A DNA stretch of 64,000 nt from Octopus bimaculoides. Lineage: Eukaryota. Below are positions 13,391 to 25,892 of the stretch, one piece after another. Every line of letters begins with the position of its first letter. The first letter of the stretch is position 1. Under the pieces are notes generated by a model. It worked only from the letters and a program-made list of their open reading frames with translations, did no database searches and was not told the DNA's origin. The stretch is taken from contig NC_069004.1 in assembly GCF_001194135.2 (NCBI RefSeq), positions 14,105,964 through 14,169,963 on the forward strand. Direction: 5' to 3'. Position numbers and translations under genes: made by a program.

Positions 13391-15128
13391 CCACACAGCC
13401 ACTCCTACGCATATATATATAGAGAGACTGTCTCCAGAAAACTGAAAAATCCAGAAATCCAGGACACTTCTGGTTCTTAGCTTACTGTATTTTGGTTTTA
13501 GTTCCATCAATTTTCAATAAACACATCTTTGTCCTGAGTAATTCAAAGGGTTAAACTTTCTTATTCAAAATAAAGATATTCCAAATGGATATTTCAACTT
13601 TTTAATTTTGCATTTCTTGCAAGATAATATATTTCCAAAGAACCCCCAGAGAAAGCATAAATCAATTCTAAATTATGCGAAATTTTACTCTGTAGAGATA
13701 TCAATATACGAACCAACCAGATTTTATATTCAAGTCTCATTAATCAATTAGTGTATTGGGTTGGCTTACTTTTATCACCTTTTCCTTTGACATACATTTT
13801 CCATTCTTATTTTTTTATTTATTTAAACCCTTCCTTTCGCACTTGCTAATATACCCATTCCATAGATTATCTAAATAGAGCTAATTCATTTGGAGTATTA
13901 TCAAAGTTTTAACTGCATTTCTTAGTGGCTTTCAACAATGAAGTTAAGTATATTTAACAAAACTTCAGTTGTTTACAAAATTTTGCAAGATGAAAGCTAA
14001 GCTAATTAACTGTTACATATTTTTATTTATCTTATATGTATTTATTTATTTAGAGAGAAGGAGAAAGGGGGAGAGAGGGAGAGAGAGAGAGGGATGGATG
14101 GATGGCTAGATGGATGGATGGATGGCTAGAAGAATATATATATATATATATATATACACAGACAGATAGATAGATAGATAGATATTAAAACTGTTTTTTT
14201 TTGTGTGAAATTTATCACAATTTAGTACTGTCAGTAAAATGTACTGGAAATGTGAATAATATTTTTATGACAGATTTCGTATTAAGCTATCATTTCATTG
14301 TTTCATGTACACATCTCAAATACTGGATCTTTAACATATCAAATAACTCATCCTTTATCCCACTACTGGTTTATAACCACTTGACTGCTAGAAATAGCAG
14401 CCAAATCTCCCTCAAATATTCTGCTATCTTATGCAGAGGAAGGATGCATTAGACGATGTCTTAAAAATACCCTTTAAAAAAGGCAGGACAATCTTAGGAG
14501 AAATGCCTTTGAAATAGGTTTGCTCAAAATGGGTTAACCTGAGGTGAAACAACAACAGATCTCCTTCACTCCCTTGATTATTGGGTTAAAAAACTCCTAT
14601 ACCTCTCTACCGGTTTTATACATGTAATTTCCCCAACCCTACCTCAGGTGCTGAATTCTCTGATTCCTTCCATTATTTTTTAATATAACTCTACTTGTTT
14701 AACGATGATATTCAGATAATGAAATGTATAACATTTAAAATATGCATACAAATACAGAATGGTATTGGCTGTAGTAGTTGTCTCAAAGAAACTTCTCTAG
14801 AGAGATTTAGTATGTTAAAAACACAGAGCACACCCTGAATGAAGATTTGCTGGAGTTGTTCAGAGCACACATGTTTTGGTTTGATTTAACCTCCTCAATG
14901 ATGAATACTTTAAGTCATTCTGAGTTAGAACTTTTGTTCTGATACAATAAGACCAGCAAACAAACAAAAAAAAAAAACAAAAACATTTGTATGCATGATA
15001 CAGTATGTGGCATTTTAAGAATTTTATCTTAATAAATATCAAACAGATCCTGCTTTAGAAGTATATTAATTTGAATCTGTTGAATACAATTTAGCTCTTT
15101 ACTTTACATAGTTTACTTTGTATAAATA

Positions 15129-15265
15129 CAGTGTACATTTAAATACATAAGAGGTATCAAGCACAGGATTACTGGCATGCTAGAAGACACAGCCAAAATC
15201 CAAACCACTTTTAGCGTACCAGGAATCCTATGATGGATACCTCTTATGTGTTTAAATGTACACTG
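15129..15265. mobile_element. Small hairpin MITE, Tc1/mariner-like (TA-flanked)
   Basis: TA|CAGTGTACATTTAAATACATAAGAGGTATC...GATACCTCTTATGTGTTTAAATGTACACTG|TA: about 30-bp near-perfect TIR, extended by CAGGATTACTGG/CCAGGAATCCTA. Confidence 0.8.
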
Positions 15266-17538
15266 TATTTATATGAATAATATATAGTCTATTGACTAAT
15301 TTTTCTACATGCTAGGCCACTGGTAGTAAAAATTTCTAAAATTTTTATTACCCTGATATTATTAATAGTTTATTTTGTATTTAAGTGTGGCTCTGTGGTA
15401 TGAAGCTTGCTTCAAAAACTCATGGTACTGGGTTCAGCACCTCTATGAGGAATCTTGGGCAAGTGTCTGCTACTATAGCATCAGGCAGCCAAAGCCTTGT
15501 GAGTGGATTTGGTAAATGGAAACTGATAGAAGCCCCTCGTATATGTATATATATATAAGTATATATTTATGTGTGTCTTTGTGTAAGTCTTTGTCCCTCC
15601 CTCTATCATTTGACAACCATTGTTCGTGTGTTTACGTTCCCATAACTGAGCAGTTCAGCAAAAAAGACTGATAGAATAAGTACTAGGCTTACAAAGAATA
15701 AGTCCTGGGGTCAATTTCTTTGACTAAAACCCTGTAAGGTGGTGCTCCAGATAACTGAACCAAGTAATAGAACAAAAGAATATATTTAGACAGTCTCCAG
15801 AAAACTGGAACATTCAGAAATCTGGGACTCTTCTAGTCCTTAGTTTGCTGGATGAAAGGCAAAGTCAACTATAGCCACAAGCTGACCAAAGCCTTGTGCA
15901 TTTTATCCAATGCTCTAATGACTACCAATTCAACACTTTAAACAGTAATATGCTGAGGTTGATTCAGTCACCTATGAAAAATGCCATCCTCATTCTCTAA
16001 TTTTTTGTGTTGATGACTACTAGAAAAAAAGGGTTTCCATCAGTTTGGAGGAGTCCATTAAACTCCAAGCACTGAAACAGCCGGAAAACTGCAGACGCAA
16101 CAAAGCAAACCAGATGAAATGATTTAATCACGAAGTGGACCCCTATCAAGACCATAACATTCCCACCCTCACCTCCACCACTCACTCAGTCACATACCTT
16201 CAGCTATTAAATATTGGCCAAGAGCCTGTTCTAAAGAAATCAATATGTTATATCTAACCAGCAACATTTAATATCTAAAGATGTTTTATTTATTTTTATT
16301 ATATGACAGTAAACCAGTTTAAATAAATAATTATATATTAGCTTCGAGCAAGATAGTATTAGTTAGTTAAGTAGTAGTGAATTTAGTAAAAAAAAGAAAA
16401 CAAAAACAAAAAAAAAGCAGCCAGAGAAGTAACAAGTTAATTAGGCTTTAAGTGCTTTTAGCTGACAGCCTGTCCAGTTTTTGTTTTTACTCACACTTGT
16501 CAACATTTGACTGACAATGCGTATGCATGTTCTATGTGTGACAATGTGTATGCATAATCTATATATGACAATATGAGCATGTGCAAGAATGTGCACATGC
16601 ACACATTATTGAAAGGCAAACTAAGTTATGATAATTAAAATTCTAAATGATAATCATTTATTTTCCACAGGGGTGAAAGAACTATAACATTATAGTTCTA
16701 TGAAAATTTTATTCATGTAAACATAGTTGAGTTGTTATTCAAATACAGAAATATGTAAGCTATATATTCATGTCTATATTATATTTGCATTACAAACTGT
16801 ATATTTATATATAAAAACGTAATATGGGGGCAGGTGTGGCTGTGTGGTAAGAAGTTTGCTTCCCAACCACATGGTTCCGGGTTCAGTCTCACTCCATGGT
16901 GCCTTGTCCAACGTGTTGTCTACTATAGTCCCAGGATGATCAGAGCCTTGTGAGTGGATTTGGTAGACATAAACTGAAAGAAGCCCATCACAAACACATA
17001 CACATACACACGTGTGTGTGTGTGTGTGTGTGCATTTGTTCCCCCCCACCACTGCGTGACAACTGGTGTAGGTTTGTTCACATCCTCATAACTTAGCAGT
17101 TGGACATAATAAGTGTCAGGCTTAGAAACAGGTTGATTTACTTGATTAAATCCCTCAAAGTGATGCCCCAGCATGGCCGCAGTCAAAGAACTGACAGGAA
17201 TAAGACTATTACAGATCAACACTATCTACATAAAGATATGTACAGCATGTTGTTTTTTGTTAAAGTATGTGTTTAAATGTGAGTGAGTGAGTGAGTGAGT
17301 GAGAGAGAGAGACAGAGAGAGAGACAGACAGAGAGACAGAGTGAGAGAGAGACAGAGTGAGAGAGAGACAGAGTGAGAGAGAGACAGAGAGAGAGGGGGG
17401 AGGGAGTTCATACATCATTACTTCAAAGATTTAAAGTCTTCAGCCAATATGGACGGCAACGGCTCAATATAATGTATTTTTATGGGACCTTTCTATAACG
17501 AGGTGGTTGCAGTGGTGGTGGTAGTGGTGGTAGTGTTG

Positions 17539-17585
<47 letters not shown>

Positions 17586-19323
17586 CGGTGGTGGTGGGAT
17601 CATTGAATTATATTGAATATATAAAACTCTTGCATGAGGAAAATCAATATAAAGTCAAAACCTGTTATTTCTATGATGACTTACTTGTAGAAGTTAATTA
17701 AAATAAGATACATATATATATATATATACACACACAGAGACACATCTACATTACATATATATAATGTATGTATACATACACACACACTTATTCATACATA
17801 CATACGTACGTATACATAAAGTAGTAGATAAAGAAACAACTCTTAAGACTTCATCACACAGTGGAAATAATGTTTTTCAGAAAAATTCTTAAAAAGCTGA
17901 AGATCAATAAGAGTTGACAATGAATTTTCCTTACAATTTTTACATTACAATAAAAAAAAATGTATAAAAAAATAAAAGGGACAAATTCATTTACCATATT
18001 TATTTTGAGACATTTTTTTTTTATATCTCAGAGTTGGCTTCACAATCAATTAAGTCTATTTTTCTAGATAAAGATCTATTTTAATAAACGTTAGATTCTT
18101 AAAACAAAATTACCAATATATTCGAGAATAAAAAAAAAAACTCAGCTACAATTTTATGGAGCATAATCTACTGCTGTTAGTTTTCCTGGCCACTAACTAG
18201 TGCTTAATGCTTTAACAAGAACATCAAAGAATTATTTTTTTCTATTTACTAGATTTGTTTTTCCCAATCTTACTATTTCAAGATATATTTGTTCTCTAGT
18301 ATGAAAGCTATTCACTTACAAGGAACAAATTTATAATTTGTCATGAAAATAAATTTTTAGAGGTATTCTTGTTTTCATCTTCAGTTCTTATTAACATTTC
18401 AAAATAATTACACGAAACAAATAATCATTTTATTTTTATAGATTAATTAGTATGGGATAACACTTATCTTGAGTACATTCATTCGATAACGAAAACTTTA
18501 AAACAAAACAAACAAAAGCTTCCCATCGTCAGTTTATATTTGCAAATTTTACAATTAAATGTGATTTAATAACAAATTTCAATCAAATCGATTAAGAAAT
18601 CATGTCATTGTGTTTAGGAGACAACTTTTTTTTACTCATTTAAAATGTGTGGTGAATAACAAGTGTGATATGAGCATAAAGTTTTGTTATGAATGTGAGA
18701 AAGGCCTAGATCTAGACTTTACAAAAATCATGAAATCTTGAAATAAGGAAATCCTGTTAGGTGAGAAAAACACAAGTAGGAGTGGAGGGATTATATTAAA
18801 CTGTGTAATATGATTTTTGTCCGCGGGTAGCAACTGGTATTTCATATTTATGTACCCCTAGAACGTATGAAAAATAGCTAATATTTCCTCCAGACTTTGC
18901 TTTCATTACAATATTTATTCAAACCCCAAAGAATCCCTCTCAACACATGGTTATTATGCTTCCCCACTACTCCTGCTCATGATCAGAGATGTACTTATTG
19001 TTAGCCACTAAAGGATATACTCAAGTGGTTAAGATCAAGCAACTGACAAGCAAATCTGTGGTATTGAACAGAATATTTGCTACAGAAACTTAGCACTGAA
19101 TTTGTCTGAAGTGTAATGGAAATTAGGTCAGTTTCAAAACATTGGCGTCGAAGTTACAAAAGGAAAGTTTGAAGGGAATAGTAGTGATTTCCTTTGATTT
19201 CTAGTTAGAAGCAAATAGGAAATAACACTTACTGACCAAAGACAAAAAGAATTAAAATTCTGTAACAAAAAGATTACTGATTAAACCATTTGACATCATC
19301 ATTGTTGTCATTATCATTTAATG

Positions 19324-19843
19324 CAGGGGTCACCAAATATTTTCCGTGGCAGGTCAGATAACTGAGAGAATGATGAGGATGGGCTGCATTACCATTTTGT
19401 TCAATACAATACAGTGAACACAAAAAATAAAGACAACCAACATATTTATTTACCAATGAGTTATCAAAGAAGGTGACATTGGCAATAAGATAGTTGTATC
19501 ACACCCAGTGTGCACATATCCGATTCTCACAAAATAAGCAGCAAAAAAGGTTAGTGAGATTTGTGAAACTGGTGTTTAGCTTTTATGATATAATCAATAT
19601 TTGCTTTGGAATTGCTGCATCCAACCAAGAGAATTGCTTTCAAATGTTCATCAGTCAACCTCGTTTGATGAGCTGACTTCACATTCTTCACTTTTGAAAA
19701 TGTTTGCTCAGACAGACATAAGTTGTTCCAAACACTGCTGCCATATCAGAAGGAAATGAATTCTCATTGTAGGTACTTGTATAAAAGGTATAATGCAGTG
19801 GCTGGCTAGATCTGGCCTGTGGGCTGTATTTTGGTGACCCCTG
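19324..19843 (-). mobile_element. Internally deleted hAT (Charlie/GTF2IRD2-like) element with TIRs and perfect 8-bp TSD
   Basis: TIRs CAGGGGTCACCAAA / TTTGGTGACCCCTG; TSD ATTTAATG at 19316-19323 and 19844-19851. The minus strand encodes a frameshifted hATC dimerisation relic, FGTTYV/CEQTFSKVKNVKSAHQTRLTDEHLKAIL...KHQFHKSH*. Confidence 0.93.
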
Positions 19844-21189
19844 ATTTAATGTCTGTCCTCCATGCTGGTATGAGTCACACAGTTTGACAAGAGTTGGCAA
19901 GACAGAGGGCTATGCCACCAAGTTTTATTGTTTGTTTTGGCATGGTTTCTATGGTTGGATCCCCTTCCTAACATTGACCACTTTACAGAACGTTCAGATT
20001 GCATTTTTCATGGCACAATCAGTAGGGGTGTCACCAAGTAACCTGGAAGAAAAGACAAAGTCACTCTCGACCGGGAGGGGGGGGGAGGGGGAGGAGAGTA
20101 GTATTGAGGGAGGTGGCTTTGTGCCAGTTGATAAGAGGTTAAAAGAATAGTAGAGGAATAGATAGAGGTGTCTTGCTGTAGAAGAGATACAAGGATACTC
20201 CAGTTAGAGGAGAAGGGAGAGAAAGCGGTGGAGAGAGAAAGAGAGAGAGATGTGGTGGTTGTGTGCCAGTATATACTCTCAAGGCACAGTGTGAGAGAAT
20301 ATAGGGGACAAAGAGAACAAACATTCAGAAAACACACACATGACAAGCTTCTTTCAGTTTCTTATTTCTTTATTGCCCACAAGGGGCTAAACATAGAGGG
20401 GACAAACAAGGACAGACAAAGGGATTAAGTCGATTACATCAACACCCCAGTGTGTAACTGGTACTTAATTTATTGACCCCGAAAGGATGAAAGGCAAAGT
20501 CAATCTCGGCGGAATTTGAACTCGGAACATAACGGCAGATGAAATACCACTAAGCATTTCGCCCAGCGTGCTAACATTTCTGCCAGCTCGCCACCTCTTT
20601 CAGTTTCTGTTTACCAAATCCACTCACAAGGCCTTTGTTGACCCAGGGCTATAGTAGAAGACACTTGCCCAAGGTGCCACATAGTGAGACTCAACCTAAA
20701 ATCATATGGTTGGGAAGCAAACTTCTTACCACACAGTCATATATTCAGCCACACCTCTGCCTATTCTGCAAATCATTTAGATAATAATTTCTTTAATTAA
20801 TAAAACAATAAATTAAAGCCTATTGATTACTTTGGACAAAGTTATTTGTCCAGCTTTCAAATTTTCCCAACCCCAGAAGTTTCTAGACAATGTCAAATAC
20901 AAAACAAAAGGTATAAAAATATTGATTAGTTTTTATCAAGTGTGACAAATCAATCAAATCAATTGCTTAGACTTTTAATGAGTCATTAGTGTGTCATTGC
21001 TATTGGAGGATACAGAAATTGTGGTATTCAAGCTTTTCTTGGAGAGTACTTTGTAACACAACATCCACCAATCAAGACTGTTATGAGCTGTTGATGTATG
21101 AAGATATGATACATTCAGCAATGGAGATTCTGCTCTAGTTTGGAAGGAGGTTTATCTAAGAGATTTATGTGAAACAATCTGTCTCCCAT

Positions 21190-21440
21190 ACACACAGACC
21201 CACTTTGTGTGTAGGCATGGCTACACGGTTCAGAAGTTCACTTCGCACTCAAGGTTCAAAAGATATGAAAGTGGCAAAGATGGTAGAGTTGACAGTTCCC
21301 TGGGAAGCAAACATGGAAGATGCTTTCCTTAGGAAAGGGCAGAAAATACAGTGAGTTGGCTGAACTTTGTGGAAACAATGAATGGGAAGCAACATGTGTT
21401 TCTGTAAAGGCAGGTGTTAGAGGATTTGTTGGAATCTGGG
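21190..21440 (+). mobile_element. HERO/NeSL-like RLE non-LTR retrotransposon endonuclease relic
   Basis: KVAKMVELTVPWEANMEDAFLRK then, after a frameshift, KYSELAELCGNNEWEATCVSVKAGVRGFVG; matches the ELTVPWE...K.KY..L...W....VEVG.RGF motif. Confidence 0.85.
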
Positions 21441-21643
21441 GTTCACTTAGCCCTTTTGAACTAGTAAACTGTACCTGACAACCCAAGCACTCAATTTTGT
21501 GAAAAGAACACTTCGCGAAATCCCTCCTTCCCAATATTACTCTCCGTAACTCTCACTCTACCCATGCAAAGGGTACTGCACTGTCTATCTTTCCTTGATA
21601 AAATATAAAAACAAAAAAAAATGGAAACTGAAAGAAGCCAGTC

Positions 21644-21677
<34 letters not shown>

Positions 21678-22017
21678 ATGTGTGTGAGTGTGGTTGTCCC
21701 TGCCATCACGGCTTGATAACCAGTGTTGGTGTGTTTAGACCAATACAATAAGTACTGGATTTAAAAATAAAAAAGTTCTGAGGTTGATTTGCTCAACTAA
21801 AACCCTTCAAAATGGTGCTCCAGCATGGCCTCAGTCAACTGACTGAAACAAGTAAAAGAATAAAAAAGTAAACAAACCCAAATGCTGGTAGTTGACCACT
21901 TTCCCTATAACTGAACCAGTTTATAAGATTCTAAAGGATGGCTTGGCTGGCCAAAACTTTGAAGTCACTGTCAACAATATTCTTGTACAAGAATAATAAA
22001 CTTGTGGTCTACAAAAG

Positions 22018-22335
22018 TGAAGGTGCATGGCTCAGTGGTTAGAGTGTCAGGCTCACAATCATGAGGTAGTGAGTTTGATTCCTGGACTGGGCTGTGTGTT
22101 GTGTTCTTGAGCAAGACACTTTATTTCACGTTGCTCCAGTTCACTCAGCTGCAGAAATGAGTTGCAACATCACAGGTGCCAAACTGTATCGGCCTTTGCC
22201 TTTCCCTTGGTTAATGTCAGTGGCACGAAGAGGGGAGGCTGGTATGCATGGGTGACTGCTGGTCTTCTGTAAACAACTTTGCCCAGACTTGTGCCTTGGA
22301 GGAGAACTTTCTATGTGCATAAAGTAACCCATCAG
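22018..22335 (+). mobile_element. Family D tRNA-derived SINE
   Basis: GGTGCATGGCTCAGTGGTTAGAGTGTC (A box)...GAGTTTGATTCCTGG (B box)...CTTGAGCAAGACACTTTATTTCACGTTGCTCCAGTTCACTCAGCTG. Other copies at 42160-42490(-) and 47482-47815(+); related heads with other tails at about 9700-9930(-), 11070-11330(+), 25535-25790(+), 46700-46950(-), 47100-47280(-) and 58770-59050(-). Confidence 0.85.
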
Positions 22336-23211
22336 ATTAATGTAGAATTGTTCTTATTATAGCTGAACATAAAAACAAAATATCAACCCTTTAGCATTTA
22401 AGCTGGCTATATCTGGCCCATATATTCTACCTCAGACTGGCCAGATTTGGCCTCTCACATCTGCCCTACAATGTCATACTAAAAATATACAATCACATCA
22501 TCAAAATTTAAACGTTATGAGATAGAGTATGATTAATCCAAAACAATGTGAATAAATAAGGATAACATTTGGCAGAATAATCTGGATGCTCCATAGTTAA
22601 TATAATAGAAAGTCGTATTTACCAGACATATGGAGTTACAACTATCATTTATTTATGCCCATTCAAAGAAGCCCAACTTGCACCTTGGTCGTTAATTATC
22701 ATCAGTTTAGTCCTGATTTGGCAAACTTTTCATCAAAAATATTTCAGCTGTGATTATTTGTTATTTTATTTCAATGTATCTAAGACTAAACTATGCAGAG
22801 TTTCCTTTTTTTTTACACGGAGATTTAGCTACTATTTCAGTGTGAGACTTCATTACAAACTCTGGTTAACATGACTACTGCTACCAGCTATGATACAACA
22901 ATAGTTAAGAAAGAACTGAACAACATATTTATTTAGAACTGCGAATAAATAAATATAATTTTGCATAATTTTCAAGAAGTGATATTCTAAAAATGACATC
23001 ATATATCAGAAGAAGGAGCCATAATTACATAATTAACATGTAATGAATGAGAGAAGAAGGAAAAATAAGATTGTCTTCTATAAATAAAAATTAATATAAT
23101 GTCTTCTTACAGATTCATTAAAAAAAATTAACTTGAAAAAAAAAAATAGGTGATAAGTGTTAACAGAAGCATAATGTGTTATTTAAAATATTTTATTAGT
23201 GGAGTAGGAGA

Positions 23212-23257
<46 letters not shown>

Positions 23258-23439
23258 TATATATGCATAAATGTATATAATATATATGTATGTATATAAC
23301 ATACATACACACACACATATATATATATATGTATGAATGTATCTGTCAATCTATGATATACATAAATGTAATTTAAAATACTCCATGTATATAAATGAGT
23401 ATATATGCATATAGAAGTAAATATATATCAGTCACTCAC

Positions 23440-23540
23440 CGTTCTTTCATAAATTTCAAGGTGTGTACAATATCTGGCCTTTTTTGTCGGTAATTCCATA
23501 GATGTAAGGTATCATCAGAACAAACTGTTACCAATGCACC
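23440..23540 (-). CDS. STXBP5: Tomosyn (STXBP5-like) internal coding exon, 101 nt: GALVTVCSDDTLHLWNYRQKRPDIVHTLKFMKE(R)
   Basis: Minus strand reads ttcag|GGT GCA TTG GTA...AAA GAA CG|gtgagt. The peptide matches tomosyn GALVSALADDTLHLWNLRQKRPAILHSLKFCRER. The INE|GALV and RQKRP motifs favour tomosyn over Lgl. Neighbouring exons (TVRHGFP..., ...WNKAIEL) were not found by eye; they are probably outside the window or in N gaps. Confidence 0.96.
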
Positions 23541-23873
23541 CTGAAATTTCAAATGGAAATTGAAGAGAATCATAATTATCGTTTAGAAATAAATTCAAAA
23601 CAAATGTAAAATAAAATTAATAAATAAATGTAGAAGAGAAGTGTTATGAATAGATCTTATTTTAAATGTTTTTTTTTTTTTTCAGTTGCATGGTTGATTC
23701 TTGGAGGAAGCGGGTGTTGAGTGCTTAGAGCTCCTATGCAGCAAAAGAAGAAGAAAGTGGTTGGCTGGCTGGTTTTCGGTATTTTTGAAAGACTGAAAGT
23801 TTAATTACATGTAATAAAACAGGACCAGAGAGATGTAAATTGTGAAAGGAGGCTGGAAAGATTGTGTGTAATG

Positions 23874-23913
<40 letters not shown>

Positions 23914-25377
23914 GGAGAAAGAAAGATAGAGTAAGTAATAAGATGGTATAAACAACAACAGTTCCAAATGAATAATAGAATGAAATCAAGAGTTATAGAG
24001 TAAATAAACATGGTTAAAGAGGACAGTCTTAAACATGGCCTGAAGAATAGAAGTCATTGGCCAAAAGAAACAGTTTGCTATTGTTTAGCCCAAGGTTAGG
24101 TCTTATTGAGTAGGTCCATAATCAAAGATGTTGCACCCAAACTAAGCCATCTTTTTATTCAGACAAACTATATATAGGGATAGAAACACACCAACACTGG
24201 TTGTCAAGCCGTGGTGGGGACAAATACAACACATATAGATATATACATACATGCATATTACAACACATATATGTACATACTCACACACACACATAGGTGC
24301 AGGCATGGCTGTGTGGTAAGAAGATTGCTTTGTAACCACATGGTTACAGGTTCAGTCCCACTGCATGTCACCTTGGGCAAGTGTCATTAACTTTAACCTC
24401 GCACTGACCAAAGCCTTGTGAGTGGATTTGGAAGATGGAAACTGAAATAAGCCCATTGTACATATATCGTGTGTGTGAGTGTGTGTGTGTGTGTGCGTGT
24501 GTGTTTGTGTCTGTGCTTATCCTCCACCACTGCTTGACAACCAGTATTGGTGTGTTTACATCCTCCGTAGTTTAGTTTGGCAATAGAGTTTGATAGGATA
24601 AGTACCAGGTTTAAAAAAAAAGTACAGGGGTAATTCGACTAAAAGTTCTAATAACTGAAACAAGTAAAAGATATATGTATAACAGACTTCTTTCAGTTTC
24701 CATCTACCAAATCCTCTCACAAGACTTTGGTTGGCCTGGAACTATGGTAGAAGACACTTGCTGAACCCAAGACCATATGGAACTGAACCCAAGACCGTAT
24801 GGTTGGGAAGCTACATAACCACGTCTGCATCTATATAAATGTTATCTAATAATTTGAAGAATCTGTCAAGGAATTTAAATTTCCAGGAAAGAGGATTTGT
24901 GATAATAAAACAATTGTAAAACAACTCTTGAATAGCAAAAAGAAATTTTTTTTTAATGGAAAACATGAAGTTATTTCGAAGAATTAAATGGTATAATAAT
25001 GATATTCTGTTAATGGCTTCGTAAATAAATATATATTAATGCACTTTATATTTGGAAAAGCAAATGAAAACAAACAAAAAAAAAAAGAACGAAACAAGAC
25101 ACAAGAGAAATTCTGGAATATGGAAAACCATTTTACTCAGAATTTCAGACAATATGTTTGTAGAATTTTTTTATTCATTTTTTAAAATTTATTTAATATC
25201 CCCCAGAAAATGCTAAAGTGGGTATAAATTGATTTGATGACGTCAGTATTTGATGTAAGTGTGAGTATTGCAGAAGAAAAGGTGAGATCTCGATAAAACA
25301 AAGCTGTGGGTGAAATCACTTCATATACAAACAGGCAAACCAAGAATGTCTTTGGCTTAACAATGGAACATCTATAT

Positions 25378-25892
25378 CAGTGGTTCCCAAACTTTTACGG
25401 GCTGCCACCCCTCGGCACCCGAGCCACATTCCTAGCACACACTTCCTACCCACCAGCACAAACATAAACCACTTTCTGCAGCAAATTCAAAACATCTGTA
25501 TTTCACAAATAAAATTTAACCTAATTAACTCATTTGTGGAGGCGTGTGGCTTAGTGGTTAGGGTGTCAGCATCATGATCGTAAGATTGTGGTTTCGATTC
25601 CTGGACCGGACGACGTGTTGTGTTCTTGAGCAAAACACTTCATTTCACATTGCTCCAGTCCACTCAGCTAGCAAAAATGAGTAACGCTGTGATGGACTGG
25701 TGTCCCGTGCAGCTGGTAACACATACGCCATTGAAACCGGGAAACCGGGCCCACGAGCCTGGCTAGGCTTTAAAAGGGCGCATTTATTTTATTATTAATC
25801 AACTCATTATTTTGTTGTTTTTACATNNNNNNNNNNCCCCCCCCCCCCACACACACACAGGAGGGCAGTACTACCCACTTTGGGAACCACTG
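25378..25892. mobile_element. hAT-type MITE with a nested tRNA-SINE (about 25535-25790)
   Basis: TIRs CAGTGGTTCCCAAA / TTTGGGAACCACTG; degenerate TSD ATCTATAT vs ATCGATAC. A related end fragment lies at about 2027-2065. Confidence 0.8.

Noticed and set aside
25535-25625. tRNA-like sequences with A/B boxes (also 22018 and 47482)
   Set aside because: They are SINE heads continuing into SINE bodies; no complete cloverleaf.
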